A DNA stretch of 64,000 bases from Octopus vulgaris (lineage: Eukaryota), in contig OX597819.1 in the NCBI GenBank assembly GCA_951406725.2, positions 96,596,001-96,660,000 of the forward strand, in the 5' to 3' direction. Within the stretch, counting starts at the first letter, position 1; the number at the start of each line of letters is the position of its first letter. Position numbers and translations under genes: made by a program. The notes under the pieces were generated by a model. That model saw nothing but the letters and a program-made list of their open reading frames with translations, ran no database searches and was not told where the DNA came from. Positions 50,526-64,000 of this stretch are shown one piece after another.

Positions 50526-52814
50526 TGTAGATATATTGGATATAAGGTTGTGGCGAATGAAGCCAAATAACACTCGATAAATATGAATTGTGCAAACTTA
50601 TTTGATCCTTAACTAAAACGGAGACACCACCAGAAACTTGTGAAGAACTAGAACAAATACGGCAAAGCATTTTTGTCCGATACCCTAAAACTTCGGTCAA
50701 ATTGCCACGTGTATTTAACGTAGATACGTGTGTGCCTGTGTGTGCGCGCGCGTTTGATATATATATATATGTCTTGTCTGCATGTGTCTGTCTTTTTTTG
50801 TGCGTGTGTGTGCATGTGTGTGTATGTGTGTGTGCGTGTGTATGTGTGTATGTGGTTTCGTATATTTGTTTGTGTGTTTTCGTATCTCTGCGCATTTTTC
50901 CAATATAGGTGCATATTTTCTAATCTCTGTCGTCCATTATGGAGAAAAGTTGTTTTCCTTGTTGATATATAAGATCAAAATTCATCTGTTTTAGAGAATT
51001 CTGAGGCTCAGCAATATACTGGAACTTTACTTAGATAAAAAAAAAAGTAGGCCTTTATATAACAGTACATCAGTCGACATATTTTAACAATATATTGCTT
51101 TCCTTAAAAATCTGGGGATACAGAAACAGAGAAACAAATTTTGAGCATTCGAATTATAAAGATTGATAATTCGAAGAGAATGAAATATTGTGTCTGTGTG
51201 ATTATTTCATCGTCTTAGATACATTATAGATAAATAACAATCCTAGAATACAAAGTGAAATGGTCACAAAACACCTTTTTATCATAAATCTAATGGATCA
51301 GATTTGATCTGAAGATAAATAAGAACATTCCTAATCCTCGAATTTTATGTGGCATTAAATAGCATTAAATGTTGTTGTTGTTGTTGTTGTTTGGTGGTAG
51401 TGGTGGGGGTGTTATTGTTGTTGTTGTTGATTTTTATCCCTCATCTCATTGCTAGTCAGACAAAAGATACGTCATCTAAATCATAACGTATCGAGCAACA
51501 CATTGTGTGTCTTTCGTTTTTTTAAAAGCAGTGAAGAGTTATTTCAGGGAGAATTGTCTACTGTTTCTAACATGCCAAACTCTCCTCTTGGTCCGTATTC
51601 TCAAATATTTTCTACTTCGTCCAACAACACTTGTGTCGCTGTGTCCGATCTTCCACAACATCTTGTGTGTTCTCTGGGGTTTTTTTTTGGGGGGGGGGGG
51701 GTTAAAATTTTCATCAGACTCACCTACAGACTGTATTAGAACAACTACTAGTGACAACAGCCAGGACAGAGAATATTGTTAACACCTTTCATTCCTGATC
51801 ATCCTTCAGGACACAGACGTTATACATACACGCATAACACACTCGGCACCTCGCACCAAGTTTATTTACATAAACAGAGATCTGGAACACACGCTGTAGA
51901 AACATGACAACTTTCTGTCCTTGTAAATATGCTCTTCATACTCCTTTATGTATTTTGTTGCTTCGATATCCTATCTCCAGAACCTAGACACCACTATCAA
52001 TTACTAAATACTATAAACTAGCCTTCTTTCCTCACTTACTATATTTCTAGTAATACTTCCACATTACTGTGACAAGCCAAAATAAATCCATATTTTCACA
52101 ATGAATTTTAATAATTATGTCGAGTAATTATTCAGATAAGATGTAAGATTGTACTGCTGTGCAATCTTCTCCATTTTGTACAATATCATGTAGATACCTA
52201 AACTATTTATCGTGCAAGAAAGCAGTAAATTGCATTATACTAAAAGCAAGTTGTAATTCTAAGACTAACGGAAGTCTACTTGACACCATACCGGAAACTA
52301 TTGACTCTGACGTCATTTAACGTTGATTACCTTTTATCTTACTCTTCTCATTTTATTTATTCTACAAAGAGATACATGGCAGAAAATGTTAAATACTTGA
52401 ATTCATGTTTCATTCCTGCTTAGTGATCAGCAAACTACAACGAAACGATAAATATGGTTTATATTTATTAAAATAATGTATTTTGTGAAAATCAGTGAAA
52501 GTCTTTTAAACATAGGCGCCGGTTATTTCATTCCTAAGTACTTCTCATTTTGAGGTACCTGAGTCCCGTCAGTTTTTGACAAATTTTTAACGGACGAGAC
52601 CCAGCAAAGTCAAGATAACGACCCTTCGTTTGTTCCATAGAAAGTGCTTTAGGGCAAACAAAAAGAAAAGAAGGGTTTGAAGCATGTGATGTGATATCAC
52701 ACACAATTCTATGAGTGGAATCACACTTTTCCATATTGAAAGTTCTTGTAAGATGTCGCTTTTTGATAGCCTAAGCACACACGTAGACACAGAGATATGC
52801 AGAAATACAGAGAT

Positions 52815-53469
<655 letters not shown>

Positions 53470-54049
53470 TGTTCGTGTATATGTACATTTAAGTATGTGT
53501 ATTTAAGAATGTAAATTTTGTCTTTCACTCGAGTAGAAGTATAACGAAATGAAGTCGAGATTTTGCCGTTTCATGATTATCAGAAGTACTTTGAGATGGA
53601 TGGAGGTAGAGCTAATCCGCAACTATCTCTCTGATCGGTGTGAAAACTTGTGGAGAGATTTATGGCTCAAATTGATATCAGTTGAAATACTGTTTGAGTG
53701 GCGGAAATCAAAAGGACAGATATAGAATTTGGTTAGCATTTTGTGACAACCGTATATTAGAGTCGAGTGTCAATATGGACCAAAAATAATTGCCCAAAAC
53801 ATCAATGCTATTAATGTCCTGAATGTGTAATGTGTCAGTATGAACAACTATTGTGTTAAATATTCAAGGTTGCCAGAAAAAAACTAAGAATAGAGAAATA
53901 GATTTCCTGCTTTTATGTAAGTAACAGTAAGTTACGTATCTGTATGAATGTATATATATGATTGCCTGTGTGTTTGTGTATGAGGATGAAAACTGAGTGT
54001 GAAAATGTAATACCTTAACGGTTTAATGGCAATTGCTAATGAATATATC

Positions 54050-54282
54050 TATTTCTTTATTACCCACAAGGGGCTAAACACAGAGGGGACAAACAAGGAC
54101 AGACATAGGTATTAAATCGATTACATCGACCCCAGTGCGTAACTGGTACTTAATTTATTGACCCCGAAAGGATAAAAGGCCAAGTCGACCTCGGCGGAAT
54201 TTGAACTCATAACGTAACGGCAGACGAAATACTGCTAAGCATTTCGCCCGGCGTGCTAACGTTTCTGCAAGCTCGCCGCCTT
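54050..54282 (-). mobile_element. Family-1 SINE, tail B, full length, with 10-bp TSD
   Basis: TGAATATATC at 54040-54049 and 54283-54292. Complete head, core and tail ending GAAATA. Confidence 0.95.
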
Positions 54283-54299
54283 TGAATATATCGTGTATG

Positions 54300-55890
54300 T
54301 CCTGTTATAGCTTATTCAGTCATGCTTTGTATTTTTAATAAACATATTTTCTTTATCGGTCCGTGTTTGAGCTGTATTTTTGTCAGCAATGGTGGAGTAT
54401 GAAGAATTGATTATTTTCAGGATCTGTTTAAGTTTTTGTGTTCATTTAGTGGAATATGTCTGGCAATTAGGATCTCGCATTTGTTGAATCATGAATATTG
54501 ACCCCATTTCTCAAGGTAAATTCTAAGTGCCCGATTTAATCTTCGTGACAACCATTACATTTAAAAACATAAATGTGAAGTAATATTTTTACAGTGAAAA
54601 ATATATAAAATGTGTGTTCAATAAGATTGATACAGGTTCTGTAGTTAGGACGACCACATTTTTTTTACTACTAATGTTGTTTAAGAAATGGGTAATTTGG
54701 CGCCGGTAACTTTTTAATGGATTTTGGTTATTTTGTGTATTCTGAGCTGGTTTGCTTCAATAATGGAATGTTTTAATGGATAATGTTACTATATTTCTTG
54801 TGTGTTGTGTTGTAAGGAAAAGAATTGAGTGTATCTAAAGTGTTTTTGTCATTCGTAATTTTCGAATATCTGTTGTATTGGCACATTCTATAGTATTAGC
54901 ATTGTTGGGTACTGTCTTTCTAGTAATTTTTATTTTAAAACTTCTAGTCTTATTCCGAGTCTCAAAACTCGAAATAATGCTATTTATTTTTCGTACTAGA
55001 TTAAACAGTCTATTTGTTTTGGTACGTTTCGTGTGGCACAAGTGAATAATAAGTTCTGGGTTTCAATTGTTTGTGTCTATTTGTGTCCATTTTAATGATT
55101 AAAATAACGTAGAAGGACAGTTCCTTTTGATTGTATATCATTGTGAACTGTATATTGTTATGTCATGAATTAGGGTCTTGAAGTCAATGTGTTGGTCAAG
55201 ACCTCCACGGAAGGAGGTCGTTATCTAAGGTTCATTTCCAATTTTCTAAGACATATTTATGGAAGCTGGTACCGTATAGCTGCATATTGGAAAAAGTTAA
55301 GCGACTGTTGCTCCCTCCGCAGTTCCAATTATTTGTAAATGCTGCCACAGAAAAAGAAAAATTTGATTTTGTAGAATGAATTTTACTCCTTCAGTAATAA
55401 ATCTTGATTCTATGTGGTCTTGAATTTCATTGGGAAACTTTTTTCTGTCAGATTCTATTGCTTCCAGTCCATATGGGAACATAGTTTAAAGGTTTACTGT
55501 ATCAAATGACAATAATAGTCCTTTTGCTAACTTTTTTCGGGAAGGCAACTTAACAGGTCTAAATAATTTCTTATAAGACTTGGTATGTTTTGCAGAGTAG
55601 GTTGCAGCAATAAACCTACAAAATTGCTGAGTCTATGTTTCACAGTTTGGGCCCTTTATAATTGACCTTAATTTATGATCGTTAGTGTATGCTACGTTTA
55701 TACATGCTGAACTTGATTCTTTTCCGACGTTGTCAATTTTGCCGAGTCCATACAGACTGCTGGTTTTGCTTTCGAAGTTCGTTTGATAATCACATTTATT
55801 ACTCCTTAAATCTTTTTGGTGTCACTGAATGAAGGTGTTAAATTTTTCATTGTCTTTGATTCTTTGCAATTGTTCACCCTTTTATAAGAG
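54300..55890 (-). mobile_element. Decayed Penelope-like element, RT region
   Basis: SSLYGLGKI...LRSIIKGPNCET and YGLEAI...VKFILQNQIF..LQIIGTAEGATVA are PLE RT motifs, with many lesions. Confidence 0.75.
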
Positions 55891-56068
55891 TGGTTTCATG
55901 TAGCAGGAATAATGTAGTGTCTTCTAGTTTTCAAATACACACCCCTATAAACATACATACATGCATATGTATGCACACAAACACACACACACACACATAC
56001 ACGCACATACACAAATATATATATATATATATATATATGTGCGTATGTATGTATGCATGCATATGTAC

Positions 56069-56099
<31 letters not shown>

Positions 56100-57479
56100 T
56101 GTATGTATGTATGTATGTATGTATGTATGTATGTATGTATGTATGCGTGTGTGTGTGTGTGTATGTGTGTGTGTGAGTGTGTGTGTAAGAGATCCTTTCA
56201 TATAGACGTACGTCTATACGAAAGGATCTTTCAAGGTAAGCACTGCAATATTCGGCGTTCTAATGGCACATCAACATTAAGTAGGATATACAGATTGTCA
56301 CACGGTATTAATACTGCTTCCGTCACTAGTATATATCGCTAACACACATATAGAATATAAATGAGTTATAAAGATGTAAAGGTAAAGGTGTCAATTCCCT
56401 ATGGCTGTTTTAAGCAGATCCTTTAATTGATTAATGAAAATATTACATCGATTTGAAAGAAGCCCTTTAATTTGATAATCTAAATAAGTATTGGCCACCC
56501 CTATCATTCTTTCTTCTATTTATCACCTCTTCCCCATCAGACATTCCCCTGCTGCTAACCCTACAACCTACCCTCTTGTGTAGATAAAGCTAGATATATG
56601 GTTCCAGTACATTGAGAGTCTAGTAGATTGTCTGACAGTAATTGATTTAGCACCATTAACTAGAATACAGTTGACGACTCCCAATGGATTTTATTCTAAA
56701 TAGTTGAAGACTACATTCTACATAAAGTCTTCTAAATATAAGTATCTAGGTCACCACTCTTTTTATCCCCGACCCACACTATCTCCTCTGCTACTCTCTA
56801 AATTATAGTAGGCTTGACGTGGTATGCATTATTTTCTAAATTCATGCTACCACAGGTATGACAAAAAAAGTAAATATTTTGAGTCCCATTATTGATGTAA
56901 ATATGTTTTTTAAAAATGGCTATATAATGGCGGTGCCCCAGCATGGACACAGTTCATGAGCTGAAACCGATTCAATCCATTCAATTCATTCAATTCAGTT
57001 CAAATCCTGTATATTTGAAGTCTATGCAGTCATCTGACGAGAACGGTTTCTTTCAAATTGATGTAATGTTTTCATCAATCATTTAAAGGATCCGCTTGAA
57101 ACAGCGGCCGCAATGAATTCATACCTGTACATCTTTGTTACTCATTTATATTCTGTTCACCTAACTTGGAATCTGCACTTCGGAAATACTATAGAAAGTA
57201 ACTTTATAAAAGTACATGTCTGAATTACCAAGAGCGGATATTTTCCCTTAGCTGGAGTGCGTTGTCTGCACACACGGCAGGAATATCAGGTAGAAACCTT
57301 CCTGCACGGAGTCTTGATATACAATATTCAATTAATATTGCTTGGTTGTGCGGATTATACCGACCCTAGCAAGGTGCCTCAATTTAAGTACTTAATTCAA
57401 CTGAAACTTAATTATATGTATATTGTTGTTGGCATCCTTTTTGTCTCGGGAGACAATAGAGTTGCGCATAAAGTAGTCT

Positions 57480-57645
57480 AGTCCGGCTTTTACATTTCAT
57501 GTCCTGATACATTTCCTGCTGTGGCTGTGTAGTCCTATCCTGGACAAACACTCCCTCTGGCAGGTACCGCAATTGTAGCGAAGACTGTTCCTGGCTGGTT
57601 GTAATGTCATAGTTTCTTGTTGACGTCTTTTCTTGTCTTTCCATT

Positions 57646-57712
<67 letters not shown>

Positions 57713-57970
57713 ACTCCTTTGTATCCCCTCTTTTACGGTACGTCGCCAATCTCCACGGTTGCTGGCAACTGCTTCCCAATTGCTAATATTGATGTTGCAG
57801 GCCTTCATGTCCCTTTTGCAAACATCCTTGTAACGTAAGAACGGTCTTCCCACAGACCTAGTACCCCTAGCAAGCTCTCCGTAGAGTATGTCCTTGGTGA
57901 TTCTGCCATCTTTCATACGGATAACATGCCCAAGCCATCTCATACGTCTTTGTGTGAGGAGTGCAAACAT
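57480..57970 (-). mobile_element. RTE (BovB-like) LINE 3' end
   Basis: [50 protein letters not shown]...CGTCQRECLSRIGLHSHSRKC. Confidence 0.93.
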
Positions 57971-57981
57971 GTATATATATG

Positions 57982-58013
<32 letters not shown>

Positions 58014-58047
58014 TGTATGTATGTATGTATGTATGTATGTATGTATG

Positions 58048-58111
<64 letters not shown>

Positions 58112-58117
<6 letters not shown>

Positions 58118-58465
58118 TTTAAAATGAGGGTGAGAAATTAGATATTAATTTAATTAACATCGATTTCACACCAGTGGTCTAGCATATAAAAAAACTGAAG
58201 GACGTCCTAGTATGCAGTCCTGCAAATTATATTCATCTGGACGGTCGCACCGATGATCTACGGACATTTATGTAAGTAAAATTACGTAATATGTTAATAG
58301 TGAAACACGTATGCGAATAATTCATATTTTTATTGGTTTTTCTTTTGTCTTGCTCGATTACGTTTTGGTTGTTTTGCTAAATTTTTCTTGAGAACATTTC
58401 TTAGTAGTAAGACCATAGCGGATCTATTTCTAGCATAAGGGTGTCAACTTAGTGGTTTCCATCTA

Positions 58466-58468
<3 letters not shown>
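58112..58468 (+). mobile_element. About 355-bp element between (TA)n tracts with a hammerhead-like motif (PLE-derived or retrozyme-like)
   Basis: 58245-58316 reads UCGCA CCGAUGA, a long stem II, then GAAA CAC GUA UGCGA. Confidence 0.6.
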
Positions 58469-58530
<62 letters not shown>

Positions 58531-59076
58531 GCAGACAGCTCTTTATTCACACATACAGATCCAGCTGATGCCGAGACTGGAAACAGAAAGTAGTTCCATT
58601 TTTAAATTATCTGAACTGCACGTGTACTCCCTATACAATATACACCCTACATACACACACTTACACGCAAACCACCCATTCACCACCCGACCAAATAACA
58701 ACCACAATACTCGCTATCTCTTCCTCATTATTGCTTTGTCTACATTCTTGCGATTTTTGCTTCTTGTTGATATCATGTTGTTCTTTGTTGTTTCCCTTAA
58801 TTACCTGTGTAGTCTCTCATTGCTGCTGTTCTTATTTACGTTGTTATCGTTGTTTTTTCGTATTGTTCTTGTTGTTCTTTATTGTGGCTGCGGAAAATGT
58901 AAACAATTCGATTGCTCTTCTTTTTATCTCTATACATAATGTGCCTGCGTATGAATGTATGTACGTTTATATGTATGTGTGTGTGTGTATGTATGTATGT
59001 ATGTATGTATGTATGTATGTATGTATGTATGTATGTATGAATGAATGTAAGTATGTTTGTATGCATGTGTTTATCC

Positions 59077-59119
<43 letters not shown>

Positions 59120-59207
59120 ACATATATACATATATATATTCATACGTGCATATGTATATATGTATATATGTATATATATATATGTATGTATATATATATA
59201 TATTATG

Positions 59208-59245
<38 letters not shown>

Positions 59246-59572
59246 GTATATGTATATATATATGTATATGTATATGTATATGTATACGTATATGTATATA
59301 TATATATACATATATATACATATATACCTATGTATGTATGCATATATATATATGTATATATGCATAAGTGTGTATATGCATATGGTATAGCGTTATTGTG
59401 TGCATTTCTGTGCATTACTGTCTGTGCATTTATGTAGATATCTGACTGAAGGTATGTACGTGTTTGCATCAGTGAATTGGCGTTGTCTGTGACTTTCTGT
59501 TTGCGTATATTCGAGAATCAGCCTGTGTACGAGTATGCGTTTATGTGTGTTTTTCTCTATGTGTATGTATTT

Positions 59573-59635
<63 letters not shown>

Positions 59636-59799
59636 TGTCGATTGTACAAGTCTCATCGTGCTATGAGTGAATTAGTGAGCTCGTGTCTCTATGTGTGCGT
59701 GCGTGTGTGTCCATGGATGTCTCTGCGCGTGTAGGCGTTAGTCTGTCTATGTGCTAATCTTCGCGCGCGCGTGTGTTCATGAAGGTAGACGAATATAAA

Positions 59800-60530
59800 C
59801 CGTCTTTCTATTCAAATTCAGTGATGCAGCAGTCATGATGTCTCTCGTTGTGTTCCCAAGTGTCACATTGAATTGTAAACAATAACATTATTAAAATTAC
59901 CAGGTAAAGACAATTCGTGAAAACGTAGGTTACTTTTAATGACAACATCTCCTCAAGAAAGAATCTACCAGAGTTCTGTAACCAGATTTTTACTAACACA
60001 CTACATAGAATGCATCTGCTTTTAATATTTGAAAGCACACTCCGGCAATCTATTTCTTCCGTAACCTAGGATTTTTATTACAAATTTTTAGATAATCTTT
60101 CTCGTAGTTTTTAAAAACGTTTTCCTTTTTCAGATTACTATTCTTATTTATTTTTCTGTTTTCCTTTACAAAAGGAGAATGTTTTCAGTGAAGGAGTATC
60201 TTCCGTTTGTTTTGTTTCGTTGGTATTTTTACCTCGAAGCTGTGATTTATGCAAATCAGTGCCGCTGCAAGTGGCTATTAGATGGTAGAAATAGTGATAA
60301 ATATTTATAGATTTGCAAAAATGGATTTTCGAAAACAGCAAGAAACATAATGTTTGGCTCAGTGGTTATACGTCTTAACCAACGACTGTCTCGCTTTCTC
60401 TTTTACAAATCAGTCCTCTTCTGGCGCAGTTAATATGATATTGCAACACCATTATTTGAATAAAATTAATAAACAAGTAGAGATGATTATAGAGAAGTTG
60501 CGTCACGATACAGCATGTTGTTAACTGTTG
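59800..60530 (-). mobile_element. Possible very old PLE fragment (GIY-YIG-like)
   Basis: Weak VY.(F)QC...GNTTR remnant near 59840-59880 only. Confidence 0.3.
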
Positions 60531-60559
60531 TTTATATATGTGTATATATATTTATATAG

Positions 60560-60596
60560 ATTTCTTTATTAACCACCCAGGGCCGAACACAGAGGG

Positions 60597-60597
<1 letters not shown>
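60560..60597 (-). mobile_element. Isolated tail-B 3' terminus (extreme 5' truncation)
   Basis: ATTTCTTTATTAACCACCCAGGGCCGAACACAGAGGGG versus ATTTCTTTATTACCCACAAGGGGCTAAACACAGAGGGG at 54051. Confidence 0.75.
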
Positions 60598-60672
<75 letters not shown>

Positions 60673-60676
<4 letters not shown>

Positions 60677-60862
60677 GTGCAGTGAATAAATTATCTAAAT
60701 TATGCAAAAAATGGAAATAACACTGACATCTCATTTTAACAGAGACATTTACCAAAATTGCATAAAAATATTTTGAAATACTAAAGAGTAAATTTATTCA
60801 ATAAAATCGCCATTGGCTTCAACCACTACCTCAAGACGACTTCGGAATCTCCTGCAACTCTT
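60673..60862 (-). mobile_element. Tc1/mariner-superfamily right end (transposase C-terminus plus TIR), possibly DD37D/maT
   Basis: Minus strand KSCRRFRSRLEVVVEANGDFIE*. Terminus TA|CAGAGTGCAGTGAATAAATT in (TA)n. Confidence 0.8.
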
Positions 60863-60909
60863 ATATATATATGTATGTATGTATGTATTTATGTATGTTT
60901 GTATCTATC

Positions 60910-61120
60910 TATCTATGTCTGTTGCTGTAACTCACCTCCACCGCTTGACAACCGGTGTCGGTCTGTTTATGCCCCCGTAACTTGGTTTGGCAATATAGAT
61001 CGATAGAATAATTACCAGGCTTCAAAGTACTGGGGTCGATACATTCGACTATAAATTCTTCAAGGGCGTGCCCCAGCATGGCCGCAGTCTTCTGACTGGA
61101 ACAGGTAAAAAACGAAAGAT
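60910..61120 (+). mobile_element. SINE family 2, 3' half (another scrap at about 56925-56970)
   Basis: CCGCTTGACAACCGGTG...GTGCCCCAGCATGGCCGCAGTC..TGACTGGAAC. Confidence 0.85.
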
Positions 61121-63861
61121 ACAATAAGTTACATGCAAGCTTAAAGGAAGGTTTGTGCCTATATGTTTGTATGTGTGAATGTGGTGTGCGCGTGTGCGCG
61201 TGTGTGAATGTGGTGTGCGCAGTGTACGATTGGAAACGTGTATGCAGGTATAGCATGGAGGAATGTACACAGCAGCGTTAGTTCTATCCAGGAGGGATTA
61301 ACCTTGTAGCAAGAGAAGAATATGATACGGACTCTGCATTTTGAAGAGCGCTGCGCTAAATGCGAGCTATTAATTCCGATTCGGTGATGCCTTTCATTCT
61401 AATGAACGTCTGGGTGCTTATGGTTGATCGAATACTGGGAAATGTTTTTGAGATCCAATACACTTTAATTAGACAAATTACGATAATCAAATTGAATAGC
61501 AATATGTAAATGGGAAGGCTCACTACATTTTTGTCGGATGCTAATTAATAGACTTGCCATTCTATTTCTGTTTCGACGCATTAAACCCCTCATACAATAA
61601 TTGAGTTTAATTGTTATTTTCCTCCTAAATAAGATCAGTTAAACGAATCAGATTATTACGGTGTCTATAATATATAATTAATAATATATTATCTATTGTA
61701 TAAAAATTACTAATATACGGTTGGCACTCTAAAGCTAATCAACCCCATTTTTAATCAAATCAGGGATTTTTAACAGATAACAAGCATTCCATTATGTACA
61801 GGTTCTTCTTTATGATGTTAATCAGAATTTTATCACAGATAACAAGTTTAAATTAATATAGTCACATATTCAACGTAAGACCACAAAAATATAATTACAT
61901 TATATTAAGGTTGTGTATCAGAGGATAATGTTTAACTTGTGCGCTTGTGAAATATATCCCGACTGTTTTGCATTTCTAGAGAGAATATTTGAAGCTGTAA
62001 ACTTTTTAGCAGAACGATTTCTTTCAGTTCGTACGAGTAATGAAACTGTTGGTTTTCCTCATAATGGGAAATTAATCAAGGTATTTAGAATTTTGGATTA
62101 ATCTAATCATTTTATTAGTAAAACATAAATACTGATGGCTAACAAAAATATTGGGGGCATGAATCATACCTTTCTAAAACAACTTGTAAGAAATTCATAA
62201 ATCTGATTGGATCCAGCGTACTGGATCACGAGATCTATGAAGAGATATAAGTATATTTTCTTTCATTGGATTTCTAGTATCGACTGTGATTTGCCGTTGG
62301 AGTTTTGTTTTACAACTGGAAGATTTGTGAAGTTTGGGGTTATAAAAGGTTACAGTCATGAACAGCTTACTCCATGTTTCCTTGGCTTTTAACCTTTAAA
62401 TAGTATTAATGTGAAATACTGATGCGACAAAAATTATGACAATGCCAGAAACACGAGTGACAAATAGAATGGTTTGTGAGCATGAATTAAAGAGCTGAAT
62501 GAGTTTGCAGATAAAATTCCATTTTTTCTTTTTTTTTCAGATTCACTGAATCTAGTCGCAGAACTGTCAAGAAGCGTTATTATTTTCTTTTGAAATTCGT
62601 ACACATTTTGCTATTACTTAGCAGTGCTATCTCGTTTCTGCTGCATTATCTAATAGTTATACTGATTTGTTCAATATGAGACACATCTCAATTATGTCCA
62701 CTTGAAATAGAATATTGCTCCCAACGTAATTCTAGACAGTTTAAAAAATGATGCAGGTTACTATGTCAAGTAATCCGTCTTGACATAAATATTATATTTA
62801 AAAATACACGTAACATAAACCCACTTCTATTTTGTTTTAATTGAAAAATAGAAGCTAAGAAATTCTATGCTTAGTATATGATGAACATCTTGCCGTTTTG
62901 AGGGAAAGTATTTATATATGAGGAATAATGAGTAAACTTTTCAATCTTGTGTTGAGGATCGAAAGTAGACAAGAATAAACTCTACCATCAGTTCTACTTC
63001 AATGAGAAACGGTAGATTCATTGAGCAAAACGAAATTAACATTTTAGTGTTGAAAAATTCTTTAAGTTAAAGAAATTAGATACCAAGTTGTTCATAGCAA
63101 AAATTTTATTCTAATTTTTTTTTTTTTTAGTAAATTTACCCATTTGTTTGTAAGATCATACGATATTGATCTGTTCCTATAGCAGCGATTCTCTTTATAC
63201 TTCTTATATTACATTGCTTTATTCTTCATCTGCTATATTGAAAAAGTATTCGGAAAATATTTCATTTCTCTAATATATGAAAGTGAACATAAATTATAAT
63301 AATCCTATGCTCCTGACATCTAGCATTCATTGATTTCAATGTTTTCACTCATTCTACACTCCAACTTTGTTCACTTAGAAGCTGAATAAACATTTCGCGC
63401 TTTAGATCATTTTTCATCAGCCCAACACGCTCTCGTGTATCTGATTAAAACCAAATTCCTCAAAAAACCTTTAATGTTTCCGTCAGTTTCAATGCTAACC
63501 CTTATGCTCACATATTTAGAATTACTTGATTACAAAATCGTTAATATAGCTTAGTAGATATTAAAAATAACATCCCAGAATCATAGATTTTTTTTAGCTT
63601 TAATCAGTCAATTATAATGAACTACCCAAATCAACCGACCTGTTTTAACGCTTACCATGCAGAGGTTCCTTTGTTGGTTTGTCACTAGTGTCTGTATGTT
63701 GGAATAAAAAAGCTAAAGAGAATCGGAAAATTATTGACCTATCACAAAGTAAATACGAAAGACAGTGAAGAGAAATGTCTGGAGAAAACTGAAATAATTT
63801 CATCCATTTTATATTTTCATGATACATTCTTTACACAAACTGTATGCATGTGTGTGTGTGC

Positions 63862-63904
<43 letters not shown>

Positions 63905-64000
63905 TGTGTGTGTTAATTTATCCATGAGTGGTTGTGAGTGTATGAGCAGACATATGCACAGAATTACGTCCCTGCTCACGTTTTCTCTACAGCTATCCTA

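Noticed and set aside
61700-63660. Long AT-rich non-microsatellite stretch, possible transposase remnant or exon (acceptor-like site near 62540)
   Set aside because: No recognisable peptide in the frames I read and no matching donor.

Overview
Eukaryotic, AT-rich, microsatellite-saturated non-genic DNA, most likely from an octopus (inferred from the SINE families, not proven). I found no host protein-coding gene. Almost every ORF in the supplied track is a microsatellite translation artefact, and the real coding remnants are all transposon-derived. These are: one full-length but decayed Tx1/L1-clade LINE (22882-28296, minus, 17-bp TSD), three or four Penelope-like element (PLE) fragments, several R4/Dong-type RLE LINE fragments among trinucleotide repeats, two RTE fragments, three Tc1/mariner remnants, Helitron-like and hAT-like ends, and many copies of three tRNA-derived SINE families. 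The most interesting structure is an apparent Tx1-LINE/SINE system. The LINE has no poly(A) and shares its 3' end (24 identical nt, a stem-loop, terminal GAAATA) with one SINE subfamily. The LINE sits in the A-box region of a different SINE head, and the partner SINE has stacked twice at one exact position inside its own head. The window also holds one intact and several decayed minimal hammerhead-ribozyme motifs in PLE-type repeats, and an orphan ORF1-like element tail-to-tail with the LINE. All alignments and folds were done by eye, so coordinates of decayed elements are approximate.
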